Shown piece after piece: positions 27,844 to 40,590 of a DNA stretch of 64,000 nt. The notes beneath the pieces are model-generated. The model made no database searches and had not been told where the DNA came from. It saw only the letters and a list, made by a program, of their open reading frames with translations. The translations under genes and the position numbers were made by a program. The stretch is from Eledone cirrhosa. Taxonomy: Eukaryota. Location: NCBI GenBank assembly GCA_964016885.1, contig OZ024740.1, positions 36,642,001 to 36,706,000 of the forward strand. The letters run 5' to 3'. Numbering within the stretch: the first letter of the stretch is position 1; each line of letters begins with the position of its first letter.

Positions 27844-30050
27844 AACAACTGCCCAGATGGTTATCAACTGCCATTACTCTCCTCATTCCCAAAAATAGCC
27901 AAACCAGCCTTGCTAAAAATTACCGCCCAATAGCCTGCCAAAACATCATGTATAAATTATATACTGGGTGGCTTAACCTGTTCTTACAGGATCACTGTGC
28001 TACCAACAACATCATAACACCTGAGCAAGCTGGTGGAAAGAGGGAGGTGTGGGGTTGCATAGATCACCTACTAACCAACAAAATGATTCAGGAAAAAAAA
28101 CAACAAAGAATCGCAGAAACATGACTGTGGTGTGGCTGGACTATCAAAAAGCATTTGATAGTGTACCTCATGGGTGGATTGTTAAGGCTTTACAGTTAGC
28201 TAAATCCCACAACCATTGGTAGCTGTTGTTGAATGCCTGACCAAGAACTGGTACACCAATTTGATCCTTAGAGGTGAGAAGGAGCAAGTTAAGACTGATA
28301 AGATACATTACCAGAAGGGCATCTTTTAGGGTGATAGCTTGTCAGTGCTACTCTTCGTTCTCTCACTGAATCCACTATCTTACCTACTCAGGAAACAAGG
28401 TGGACAAAGAAGTGGGCCCAGAAGTATCTCCCATCTTTTCTTTGTTGATGACCTGAAGTTGTATGGGCCAAATATCAATGACATCAAGAAACAATTGGAC
28501 CTCATTACACAATTTTCAACAGACATCAAAATGAAATTTGGTGAGTCCAAGTGTGCATATTTGGCAGTAAAACGTGGAAGAGCTGTGTCCTCCTCTAGAA
28601 ATCTAGAGATGAACGGCCTGACAATACAACCTCTGCAGTCAGGTAACAACTACAGATATCTTGGACAGGATGAGAATGTCAGATATGATGGACCCATAAA
28701 TAAGGAGAGAACCAGAACTGAATACCATAGAAGAGTAAAGAAAATATGGTCATCAGAACTGTCAGCATACAACAAATACATTGCCCACAATACTTATGCT
28801 GTGCCAATTCTAACGCCAACATTTGGCCTGCTGAACTGGTCATTGCAATAACTAAGTGAGATGGATGTTAGAACTCGAAAACTTCTCAGTGTTACTAGGA
28901 ACTTTAACATCAATGGTGATGTGGATAGGCTATACTTCTCACGCAAGGAAGGTGGCCGGGGTCTAAAATCAATATTAACAACATATGAGACCCGGATAGT
29001 AACACTGAAGCAACAACTTCAACAGAGGAAAAAGGTTGGCAACCATCTTGCCCAGGTTTATGAGCATGAAAAAAAATATATCATTAGAATAGCAACTGAT
29101 CTGGAGGAGAGATATGGAATAAAGCCTGATATAAATCTCTCACCCAGAGAAATCGGAAGATCCTATTCAATGTTCAAACAAGATTAAAAAATTGACCAAT
29201 TTACAGAAAAAGTTGTGCATAGATACTTGAGGCGTAAAACACAGACCATAAAGGGGATAAACCACTCAAAAAGCCTGGCATGGAGTTCCGACAAGTTTAT
29301 GACATCACATCTTGAGGGATATCTCTATGCAATACAGGAACAAGAACTCCCTACCAAATATCTGCTGCGCAAAAGAGGAGGGACAGCAGCTAACAATAAA
29401 TGTAGGCTATGTAAAACAAAGATTGAGGATGTAAGCCACATTGTTGCCAGCTGCGAAAGAATGTCATCTCGCTACTACCTCCCCATGAGACACGATGGGA
29501 TAGCTAGAACCATCTGCAACGCACTTCGGAAAACAAAATTAACAACAAACGAGGAAGAATATATAGAGACAGATGGCAGTAAGGAATACTGGTGGAACCT
29601 GAAAATAAAAACTGCCACCAAATTAAAACACAACCGGCCTGATATTGTTGTTTGGGACCACACATTGAAAACGTGTTCTGTTGTGGAGATCAGCTGCCCA
29701 CTTGATGTAAACGTTGTCAGAAAAATACAGGAGAAGGAGGACATCTACAGACCATTGATGAGGAGTTTACAAATCCAGTATCCAAGATACACCTTTAGCT
29801 TCATACCCATCATTATTGGAGCTAGGGTTTATATACCAACCCGCTTAGACCAAAGTATGACTGAACTTGGATTTGCGGACAAAAAGCGCAGCTCCCTAAT
29901 TCATAGTCTACAAATGGCTGCGATAGCTGGCACCTTCAAAATTTGCAAAACATTCTTGCGATTCAAGGGATGACAATTTCTTTTCTTTTATAACCTTGCC
30001 ACCAGGAAGGTGGCCGGTCAAAAAAAAATACTCGAAATTAAGAGAAAGAG
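27844..30050 (+). mobile_element. R4/Dong-type non-LTR retrotransposon, second subfamily, 5'-truncated
   Basis: NYRPIAC, WLDYQKAFDSVPH, GIF*GDSLS, HLFFVDDLKLY, RKEGGRGL, CRLC..HIVASC..RHD and HNRPDIVVWD..EISCPLD. (CATA)n on both sides. Confidence 0.9.
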
Positions 30051-30105
30051 ATACATACATACATACATACATACATACATACATACATACATACATACAT
30101 GCATA

Positions 30106-31800
30106 CATGGTGGCTGCCAACTAGTTTTCGAGTACGGCCACTACTTTATATCCATGTAGGAGAACTCCTACCGATGCGCTGAACGAGTGTGATTTTTAGT
30201 CCAGCCAGCGACTTGAAAACTCTGGTACAAACACTACACTTGTGACAATTATTGACACATAGTGCTGGGCCCATGGTACCATGTGACAACAAGTGCAGAG
30301 AGATCTCCAGATATAAGGCAATGCCTGTGCCGTTAAGCTTTTATAGTGAGCAAAGGCACTGCACAAAACCATTCCCACTCTCTTAACCAAGATGATATTT
30401 ACCAACAAGAAGAACAAGTCAACATCATTGGATACCATCAGGGTTGCAGGTGTTATATCAGAGTTTTCCTTCTCCTAGAATTCTGCCTTGACAAAGGTTA
30501 AGGGGTCATCTCTCCCGGTGATTTTGGATGGCCATTGACTCTTAAGAGCTCCTTTTCCCTTTCACAGATTTTGTTTTTAGGCCTGCAGTATGTCCAAAGT
30601 CACCCTCCTCACCAAGAAACCTTGGTGGGGTTGCCAGTTTAGTCGCCAACGACCCGACCATCAGACAGGTTGTACTGGGATACATGTTACCAGTAGCACA
30701 AACTGGTGACCTGACATATATATACATAAATATATGGCATATACATACATATACATACATACATATGGTGGCTGCCAACTCGTTTTCGAGTATGGCCACT
30801 ACTTTATATCCATGTAGGAGAACCCCTACCGATGCGCTGAACGAGTGTGACTTTTGAGTCCAGCCAGCGACTTGAAAACTCTGGTACAAACACTACACCT
30901 GTGACAATTATTGACACACACTGCTGGGCCCATGGTACCATGTGACGACAAGTGCAGAGAGATCTCCAGATATAAAGCAATGCCTGTGCCGTGAAGCTTT
31001 TATAGTGAGCAAAGGCACTGCACAAAGCCAGTCCCACTCTCTTAACCAAGATGATATTTACCAAAAAGAAGAACAAGTCAACATCATTGGATACCATCAG
31101 GGTTGCAGGTGTTATATCAGAGTTTTCCTTCTCCTAGAATTCTGCCTTGACAAAGGCTAAGGGGTCATCTCTTCCGGTGATTTTGGATGGCCATTGACTC
31201 TTAAGAGCTCCTTTGCCCTTTGACAGGTTTTGTTTTTAGTCCTGCAGGATGTCCAAAGTCACCCTCCTCACCAAGAAAACTTGGTGGGGTTGCCAGTTTA
31301 GTCGCCAACGACCCGACCATGAAACAGGTTGTACTGGGATACATGTTACCAGTAGCACCAACTGGTGACCTGACATATACATACATACATACATACATAT
31401 ATACATACATACATACATACATACATACATACATACATACATACATGTATGTATGTATGACATATACATGGTGGCTGCCAACTCGTTTTCGAGTACGGCC
31501 ACTACTTTATATCCATGTAGGAGAACCCCTACCGATGCGCTGAACGAGTGTGACTTTTTAGTCCAGCCAGCAACTTGAAAACTCTGGTACAAACACTACA
31601 CTTGTGACAATTATTGACACATAGTGCTGGGCCCATGGTACCATGTGACGACAAGTGCAGAGAGATCTCCAGATATAAAGCAATCCCTGTGCCGTGAAGC
31701 TTTTATAGTGAGCAAAGGCACTGCACAAAGCCAGTCCCACTCTCTTAACCAAGATGATATTTACCAAAAAGAAGAACAAGTCAACATCATTGGACACCAT
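30106..31800 (-). mobile_element. Head-to-tail cluster of three RTE-derived non-autonomous elements (30106-30714, 30765-31373, 31467-31800 truncated)
   Basis: Each unit aligns to 12910-13522. Units are separated by (CATA)n tracts. Confidence 0.85.
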
Positions 31801-32185
31801 ACATATATGGCGACGCACACAAATACACATACACACACACATGCATATACGGCGACGCACACAAACACACATACACACACATACACACGTGCATACACGG
31901 CGACGCACACAAATACACATATACACACACACACACACATGGCGACGCACACAAACACACACATACACACATACACACACATACGGCGACGCACACAAAC
32001 ACACACAATACATACATATACGGCGACGCACACAAACAGACACACACACACACACACACACACATACATGGCGACGCACACAAACACACATACACACACA
32101 CATACATGGCGACACACACAAACACACATACACACATAGATACATGGCGACGTACACAAACACACATACACACACACACACATAG
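31800..32185. repeat. Minisatellite, ~30-40-bp unit ggcgacgcacacaaacacacatacac
   Basis: About ten imperfect units, seen directly. Confidence 0.85.
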
Positions 32186-32319
32186 TGCTGTATGTCTGTA
32201 TGTATGTATACATAGTGCTGTATGTATGTATGTATGTATGTATGTATGTATGTATGTATGTATGTATGTATGTATGTATACATACATACATACATACATA
32301 CATACATACATACATACAT

Positions 32320-33048
32320 AAAATCCATATTAACATCATATGAGACCCGGATAGTAACACGGAAGCAACACCTGCAACAGAGGAAAAAGGTTGGCAACCA
32401 TCTTGCCCAGGTTTATGAGCATGAAAAACAATATATCATTAGAATAGCAACTGATCTGGAGGAGAGATTTGGAATAAAGCCTGATATAAATCTCTCACCC
32501 AGAGAAATCGGAAGATCCTATTCAATGTTCAAACAAGATGAAAAAATTGACCAATTTACAGAAAAAGTTGTGCATGGATACTTGAGACGTAAAACACAGA
32601 CCATAGAGGGGGGTACACCACTCAAAAAGCCTGGCATGGAGTTCCGACAAGTTTATGACATCACACCTTGAGGGATATCTCTATGCAATACAGGAACAAA
32701 AACTCCCTACCAAATATCTGCTGCACAAAAGGGGAGGGCCATCAGCTGACAATAAATGTAGGCTATGTAAAACAAAGATCGAGGATGTAAGCCACATTGT
32801 TGCCAACTGCGAAAGAATGTCATCTCGCTACTACCTCCCCATGAGACACGATAGGATAGCTAGAACCATCTGGAACGCACTTCGGAAAACAAAATTAACA
32901 ACAAACGAGGAAGAATATATTGAGACAGATGGCACTAAGGAATACTGGTGGAACCTGAAAATAGAAACTGCCACCAAATTAAAGCACAACCGGCCTGATA
33001 TTGTTGTTTGGGACCACACATTGAAAACGTGTTCTGTTGTGGAGATCA
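32320..33048 (+). mobile_element. Internal fragment of the 27844-30050 R4/Dong subfamily
   Basis: Near-identical to 28966-29691. (CATA)n on both sides. Confidence 0.9.
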
Positions 33049-33156
33049 TACATACATAAATGTTGATACTTATGCTTACTTTCCATGTTATGTATCCTCC
33101 TAATATTCTTGTGACAAATTTCTGATATTATATTTTTGTTTCAACCTTTACTATAT

Positions 33157-33202
33157 ACTCCGATGATTCCGGCCTTGTGCAAGTATTAAACGATCGTAAG
33201 TG
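33157..33202 (+). ncRNA. Degenerate hammerhead motif (CCGATGA core)
   Basis: act-CCGATGA-...-tAAA-cgatcg-TA-agt. G12 is lost and stem II is eroded. Confidence 0.4.
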
Positions 33203-33315
33203 ATTAAATGTTTTAAACACTCTTGTTTGTTATTTATAAAGTATTTCAGCTGTGTAACATACTTGTTATTCCACATTAAGCTATTCTCATACTTCTCATC
33301 AGCTGCACTAATGCA

Positions 33316-33368
<53 letters not shown>

Positions 33369-33547
33369 TTTCAACTACTAGTTACAGACAGGCGTCTGGA
33401 ACTAGCTGTTGGAATGACAAGAGCTCAGCCGTCGGGTTCCGACACTTTACAGTATAACCATACTCTACTAAATCAAGTATCGAGTACTCTGTTGAATAAT
33501 GGTCTAACCAGTTTCAAACTTAATCCATGCGGATATATATTGGGTAT

Positions 33548-33718
33548 AATTGTTTCTACTTTTGGCACAAGGCCAGCAATTATCCAGTGCATTACTGCTA
33601 CTTTATTTTATCGACCCCGTAAGGATGAAAGGCATAGTTAACCTCGGCGGGATTTGAACTCAGATTGTCAAGGGCCGTAACTCTATGCATCAAAGCATGG
33701 CCTCCGACCCTCTACCAA
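33548..33718 (-). mobile_element. tRNA-derived SINE
   Basis: Matches 40591-40771; B-box gagttcaaatcc on the minus strand. Confidence 0.85.
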
Positions 33719-33951
33719 TGGGAAGAAGCTCGATATAGTAACCCCCTAGGAAAGGGCACAAAGCCATATGTTTTAAAATTATATTTATACAGTGGCGTTG
33801 GAACTGGGGGTGGTGGCATTCCTCCCTCCAATAATTATATTTTCTCTCCAAACTACCAAAACACACATCCATTTGGATGTGCTCTAAAATTTATATACAT
33901 GTTATGATTATCGCATATCGTAGTTTTCTGATCATTTTAGAGTACAAAGAG

Positions 33952-34024
<73 letters not shown>

Positions 34025-34027
<3 letters not shown>

Positions 34028-34220
34028 CGAAGGAAATGTGGTAAGGAACCAGGTGGACCATAACGCACCAAAGTACTCAATACTTAGGGTAGTAGAGTGG
34101 GTAATAGGAACAAGTAAGACCCCGACGGCTGAGCTCAAGCCGTTTTGACGGCTAATTCTGGACTAGAATTAGCCTTCGAAACGGCTTGAGCTCAGCCGTC
34201 GGGGTCTTACTTGTTCCTAT
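34025..34220. mobile_element. Fold-back family A copy
   Basis: gaacaagtaagaccccgacggctgagctcaagccgttt ... aaacggcttgagctcagccgtcggggtcttacttgttc. Confidence 0.8.
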
Positions 34221-34227
34221 ATATATA

Positions 34228-35266
34228 TGGAATCCCCAAGGCTTATGGAATCCCCAAGAAGATAGTGGACCTGATATCACTGCTCTACACCAACACCAAA
34301 GCCCAAGTCATTACACCTGATGGGAAGACAGAGTTCTTTGAGATACTGGCTGGAGTGCTCCAGTGAGATACATTGGCTCCCTACCTTTTTATCATCGTAG
34401 TGGACTATTGTATGCGCCTTGCACTGGAGAAACACCAGGACTCTGGCTTTACTGTAGCACCGGCTCAGAGCAGGAGAGTTAAGGCGAAAAAGGTATCGGA
34501 TGCTGAATTTGCCGACGACATAGTTTTGGTGACAAATACAGTGAAGGAGGCAGAGGATTTGATGCGGGAGGTTGAGACTGTGTCGATGAGTGTGGGGCTG
34601 AGAATGAATGAGACTAAAACAAAATGTCTGGTAGAGAATGTTGAGAAGCCAGAGGGGATCACTAATGTAGGCGGGAAGCCGCTAGAATTGGTTGAGGGCT
34701 TCCTGTATTTGGGAGCAAAGATTGGGAATACGGAAGATGATGTGGTTGAGAGGAAGAGCAAAGCCTGGGCGGCGTGCCACAGCTTGAGATTGGTGTGGAA
34801 GTCGGACCTTCGTAAAGACCTGAAAATCCGCCTCTTCATTGCTGTAGTGGTGTCTGTGCTGCTGTATAGGTCTGAGACTTGGACACTGACCAAGAAACTC
34901 ACTCAGATGGTGGATGGGTGCTACACGAGAATGCTGAGGATGGCTCTGAACATTAATCAGTATACACTGAGGATGAAAAACTCAGAGCTGTATGGGAGCA
35001 TCCCAAAAGTCAGCTCAAAAGTGACACAGAGGAGACTGAGGTTGGCTGGACATGCTCACCGATATCCAGAGTTGACATTGCACTCAGTGCTCCTGTGGGA
35101 GCCCCTACATGGATACACTAGAAGAAGAAGACCAAGGTTAACGTATGTTGATGCCCTAAGGACAGACACTGGTCTGTTGGAGACGCAGGACATGGCAGCG
35201 ATAATGAGGGACAGAGACCGCTGGAGAGAACTCGTCCACGGATCTCGGGAATTTTACCCGCCTTAG
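34228..35266 (+). mobile_element. RTE-clade LINE, 5'-truncated
   Basis: AYGIP, GVLQ*DTLAPYLF, EFADDI, FLYLG, SVLLY.SETW, RRLRLAGH and RPRLTYVD. Confidence 0.9.
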
Positions 35267-35658
35267 ATATATATATATATATTTATTAAAATAACAGATT
35301 AAAGTTTAAGCCAAGAATCGCTGCTTTCACCCTTAACGGGATGTCTTCAAATTTATTATTATTACTATATATATATATATAAAAGACGTAAGATAAGAAA
35401 ATACTTTTTAAAAAAATTTAAAAAAAATCTTTTACTTACTTACTTAAATTTTCATTCCAACTAATTAGTTTCTGCAATGGGATAATCCATATATATATAT
35501 ATATATATACGGGTGTGTATGATTGTGTATAGAAGATTATATTAATAAAAGGAATTCCAACTTTGTCTGATTTACTCGTTTTATTTACAATCCTTTAAAA
35601 TTATAATGGTATTAGAATGAAATAGTATGGTAGAATATTAAATGTTAAGTGTTAATTG

Positions 35659-35694
35659 AACAAGTACTTTCATGCTTTCGCAATCTTCAGGAGG
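35659..35694 (-). ncRNA. Degenerate minimal hammerhead motif
   Basis: CTGAAGA-ttgc gaaa gcat-GAAA-gtac-TT. Helix I pairs poorly. Confidence 0.45.
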
Positions 35695-36063
35695 CCATAA
35701 GCACTTGCTTTAGGTAGGTTTATTTAATTCTCTGTCGTACATATATCGCTTAGAACTATCAATTCTGATAGCCTGAGCTCTTCAGACTGCATCAAACCTT
35801 TAACAAATTTTAAAAACTTCTCCCTCTAAAATTTCAAATTTCCTCGAAATTGTTCTTCTTTTCTTTTCGTTATAGATGGGACGGCAGACTGTTTTTTCTT
35901 CGCCGGCCGACCCCTCTACCAGCCCTAGATCTATGCCAGAAATGCTGATCAATCCCAGTTCCACGTCACTATCGGCGAATGTTGAAAGTAGCAACTCATC
36001 ATTGAAATAATGAATTCTGCAAGTAGCCCGTTCCCCCTCCCACCTGTCAGTCACTGGTTGCTA

Positions 36064-37635
36064 TTTCTAAGTCGACTAATTAAAGCCAACCTTATCTCAT
36101 TTGCGTGGAGAGACACGAAACCTCGTCAAATAATGACGACATCAACGAATGCGGAAAGACCCCTGACCCGCGCCGCTGCGACCGTCCTTAGCAACAGCTC
36201 GTTTCCGTGGGCCTCCGAGTCGAGGCATGCCTCTACGCAGGCCTATCGGACACGAGGGCTGAAACGACACCCGGAGACAACTGCTCCGCTCTGAGGGACG
36301 GCAGACCTGTTCTGCGGTGTCCAGCTCCCAATGCGAGCCGGCGTATGACATTGTCAGCAAGTCAGAGTCGTCGGGCAACGTCTGAGACCTGTCGGGAAGG
36401 CCGCAAAGGCCGCGGTCTAAATCGGTAATCCAAGCCAGTTAACGCGGTTTAGTACGCCCGGAGAGAACTCCGCCGAACCTAGAGAAAGGGCACCCCAATA
36501 CAACGTCACGTTATGCCACCGCTTCGGAGGCTTACCCACGCCAGGACCGTTCCCGCCGAGTCTCGAGCCCGCAAGGCATTCGCGGACGGAGCCCCACGCA
36601 GGACACGATCGTCGCTGGGCGGTCGCCATCAACGAGGCGGGGTCGAATGTCTAAAACAAAATACGGGTCACACCTCGGAGGCAGTCCCTCGCCCGAGGCG
36701 TTCCGGTCGGCCTCCGACCCAGCGAGCGTTGCGGGCCAAAGGACAGGCCGGAGACGTCCCAAGCGGAGCCGTTGCCAACGAGGAGGCTGTGAGTGAGGAC
36801 TAAAACAAAAAACGGGACAACGCCTCGGAGGCGAATAGCCAACAGGATCAGGCCGACCGACACACGAAAGTGTGGGTGAGCTCGAACCGGACGCGGTCAC
36901 TGTGGGGTGCCATCGACGAGGCCGTGTTAGAGGCCTAAAACAAAGAGCGGGAAACCGTCCCGGCGGCGCCCGGAACTTCCCGGCCGAAACTCGACCCGGC
37001 GGGCGTTGTGGGTGAGTACGGGAAGGACTCGTTCGCAGCGAGGCAGACGCCATGGTGGGTCGATCATTCTCGCAACATTCCCAAAGTGTGAAACAGCGTG
37101 CGCCTACGGATGAATCTGCGGAACGCGCCGCTTCCAACCCCCAAAACAGCCAGCGCTGCTTCCGCCTCCGTCGACCAGCTTCCACATGCCCCGATCGGAC
37201 AGCCGTGTACAAAAACCGCAGCCGACGGGTCGCTCTCCCGAAACAACCCTATCAGAGGCGTGTACTTCGCAACCTTCTCCAAAGCGGCTCGAGTCAAGGC
37301 CGAACCCTGCTCGAGTCGTATCGTCACATCCAGGACCACGATCAAGCCAGGCCGGCTAAGAACAAGGTAAGGGATCAACCGTCGTCCCTCCGCAAAGAAG
37401 ACCAGTTCCACCCCGACCGACCAACCGGAACGCTCGGCTTCCTCTGCTATCCAACCGCACACCGCATTGTACCTTCTCAACCGTGCGGGCTTGAGCCCAG
37501 GACCCGCACCGCTCACATGCGAGAGCGACTCGACCCTCGCCCCGCACCTCCTACAGGAGCGATCTCCCCTGTTCCCTTGGCGAGACACTCCTTTGTGGGG
37601 AGTAGTGACAGCCATCTACTCCCAACCCAGTTGTC
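36064..37635 (-). mobile_element. R2-like non-LTR retrotransposon, 5'-truncated, with ~1-kb GC-rich 3' UTR, inserted outside rDNA
   Basis: PTKECLAKG, CRRCGARVESLSHVSG.., RLRRYN, RLIPYLV..VVLDVTIR..ALEKVAKY and PIGACGSW together form a zinc knuckle plus REL endonuclease of R2 type. There is a sharp GC island. The flanks rejoin as CTTAAGG/TAGC. Confidence 0.82.
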
Positions 37636-37989
37636 CCTTAAGTCTGCAACAACTGTGAATAAGGGGTTGGAATATTATAACAGATAACAAGAAGTAAACA
37701 TAATAAATAGATCAAAAAGAAATAATTATATTAAAAACTAGCAGAAGTACCCTGGGCTGGTGGGATTAAAGAAAATAATGAAATGTTATTCAAAACTTTT
37801 TCTAGGGTATATTTGAAACTTCTAGTATAGCTGATTGTTTTATATAACATATCTTTTAGTTGCAATATGATTTTATACTTAGTTTCTTTATACCTTTCAT
37901 AATTTGTCTGTACTTGGGTTTTCATATTACTGATGAAATACAGTTGTAAATATTATGGTTCTTCTGAAAGTGACTGAAGTGGTCCAGTT

Positions 37990-38816
37990 TCTTGAATCTT
38001 GAATGTGGGTATAAAGCCACCTTCATGGATGACATTTGCACCAAGTGATGTCATTGGAATGCATTATTGTACTGCTGGATATTTTGAAGAAAATATCTTG
38101 ATTCAATAATTGTACCTATCAGCAATGCTCTCAAGGGTTCTAGTGGTTCAGGTTATCGTCTAAATTTAATATTTACCTTTATACAGCACAATCCAGTTGA
38201 CCCACCATTCCATATTTTAGCACCACAATTTGGACAAATTTTGTTCATTGAGGAAATTCGAATTAAAGGTTCAGAGGCATAGTCTTGATGTGGATTGTAA
38301 CTAAAAGCAGCAAAATTCTACTCGGCAACCGTTTAAATCGAAAATATTCTGTTCTGGCTCTGTTCACATAACCTTTCAGTTTTTTGAGTTTCAGTTTCTT
38401 CATGCCACCTTTGAGCTGGTCTATTTCGCTCCATTTGCTACCTTAATGATTTTCGTACATCTGATTCCTTTTGACGAAAAGTTGCTTCCATTGTCCTATT
38501 TTCAGCAAGGCTTGATGATCTTTGTGCATCTGATTCACCCTGTCTGTTTTGTGTAGTGGTTTCGTACATTCAATTCCTCTTGACGAAAAGTTGCTTTCTT
38601 TGACCTATCACCAGCAAGCATTTTTTAATCTTTGTTCTTCTAATTCATTTTACCTATATTTCGCTGACGCTTTTCCTTGTTTTTGGAGTCTTTCTTGTTG
38701 CTCCCCTTCGCTTTTATTCTCCATTTGTAGCTGCTTTGCCATAGCTTAATGAGATTTCCTTCCAAATGAAGGTCTATTCTTCGGGGGCAGTTTTGGCTTG
38801 CAGCTTCAAATGCCAT
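37990..38816 (-). mobile_element. Helitron RepHel N-terminal coding remnant
   Basis: Minus strand shows STPR-like repeats (ESDAQRSSSLAENR, ETETQKTERL), then AAFSYNP..MNKICPNCGAKIW..GLCC..PEPLEPLRALL..SRYFLQNIQQYNNAF/MTSLG..GFIPTFKIQ, with stops and frameshifts. Confidence 0.82.
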
Positions 38817-39177
38817 TGTTATTTAATTAACATATTTTAAAATGTGTTAATAATGGATCTAAGTGGAGTTAAATTTCATTGTATGAGGACAAACTGCATT
38901 AACTTTCAATTATTTTTCGTAAACAACAACCAAAAGCTAACAGAAATGAATATGTAAAAAGATATTACAGGTTCCACATGTGTTATTTTTAGTAGTGTTT
39001 CCATAAATCAAATAAAGAACCAACAATTTAATGAGAGGCTGGCACACACATATACACACACGGAGATATATAAGAAAATGTAGCATATATGCACACACAT
39101 GGGAAAGATATGAAAAAGATAGTGGTAAGAAACTCTCAAAAGAGCTGGACAGCAGAAGGTCTTCAAAGAAGAACCCC

Positions 39178-39908
39178 CCCCTCACACTAACCATAACTAT
39201 AATTCTAACCCAAACCATAACCATAACCCTAAGCCTAAATCTAACCCTAATCCAAACACTAGGCCTCACTCTAACCATAACCCTAAACCTAACTATAGCC
39301 TTAACCCTAACCCTAAACCTAACCTTAACCCTAGCCCTAAACATAACCCTAAACCTACACATAGGCATAACCCTAACACTAACAATATCTCTAATTATAA
39401 CCATAACGATAACCATAATTGTAGCCCTAACCAGAACCCTAACACTAAATCTAACCCTAACACTAACCATAACCCTAACCGTAACCTAAAACTAACCCTA
39501 ACACTAACCCTAAACCAAACCCTAAACCTAACCCTAACTATAACCCTAACACTAACCCTAACCCTAACCCTAACCCTAACCCTAACAATAACACTAACCG
39601 TAACCATAATCCTAACCCAAACCATAACTATAACGCTAACCCTATCCCTAACACTAATCTAAACCGTAACCCTCACTCTAACCCTAACCCTAACCATAAC
39701 CCTAACCCAAACCCTAACCCTAACAATAACCATAACCCTAACTCTAACCCTAATCCTAATCCTCAACGCAAAAATAACTCTAACCCTAACCCTAATCATA
39801 ACTATAAGCATAACTCTAACCTTAAACCGAATCCTAACCGCATCACTAATCATAACTATAACTCTAACTCTAACCCTAAACCGAATACTAACGGCAACGC
39901 TAACCCCA
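39178..39908. repeat. Degenerate (TAACCC)n telomere-like tract
   Basis: Hexamer periodicity over ~730 bp, with perfect runs near 39555-39585. Confidence 0.9.
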
Positions 39909-40590
39909 CCCTTCTGAATTAAAATCCGGTCACGGTCAACTTCGCAGCTCATTCTTAAGTGATTTATAATGTAAAGTGTCAGCCAAGCCCTGAGGTTGAT
40001 GTGAATAGAATTACAACTAAATAAAGACTATACACGTACACGGTCTTCCCCAAGCTGAGGTTTTTTGCTCAAATAAAAATTCATTATTATTTTTCTGCGG
40101 TCATTATATCTCATGTGGTATTTGACACTGTTGTATTTGACACTAGTAGCCTTGCACTGTAAGCTAACGAAACACACCTTAATTTTTACTGTACCTCCCA
40201 ACCCTGGTTTTATTGTTGTTTACTCTACCTACTTTTCTGGGGGATTTTTTTCTGAGAACTTCATTATTTAAGGTCAGTCAGTAGGGTGGGATTCAAAAGA
40301 GATTTCATTGTTATTTCCAGGAAGTCGAGATCCCACATATAGACTTGCGTGGACTCTATATAGTCTATCCACATATAACATATACGTGTTATCTACTTAT
40401 ATCTATATGCTATTTACTTATATCCAAATCTAATACGCCAATAAAAAATATCCCTACGAGTGGGGCGAAATTCAAGTTGAGGGCAATCATGCTTTCTGTC
40501 TGGTGTTTTGACGAGCCCTATTTCACCATTTTGGAAAAATGATTTCCCCCTAGAAATTGAACTTAAGACAGTATGAAAGTATTCAATAAT

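Noticed and set aside
36755-36845. Complete HDV-like ribozyme or twister in the R2 3' UTR
   Set aside because: A P3/L3-like segment and an imperfect P1 (GGCTATT/AACGGCT) exist, but the P1.1 GG, J4/2 and P2 could not be completed. GTCCCAAGC lacks the twister UAA/P2 context.
36064-37063. rRNA or ITS fragment
   Set aside because: No recognisable rRNA universal motifs, and the region is contiguous with the stop codon of the R2-like ORF.
37925-37950. Isolated CTGATGA cores (also 42547-42556 and 16823-16829, minus)
   Set aside because: No correctly placed GAAA and UH on the same strand.
38431-38450. Second R2-target-like site (minus: ttaaggtagcaaatg)
   Set aside because: It is unoccupied and inside Helitron coding sequence, so probably coincidental.
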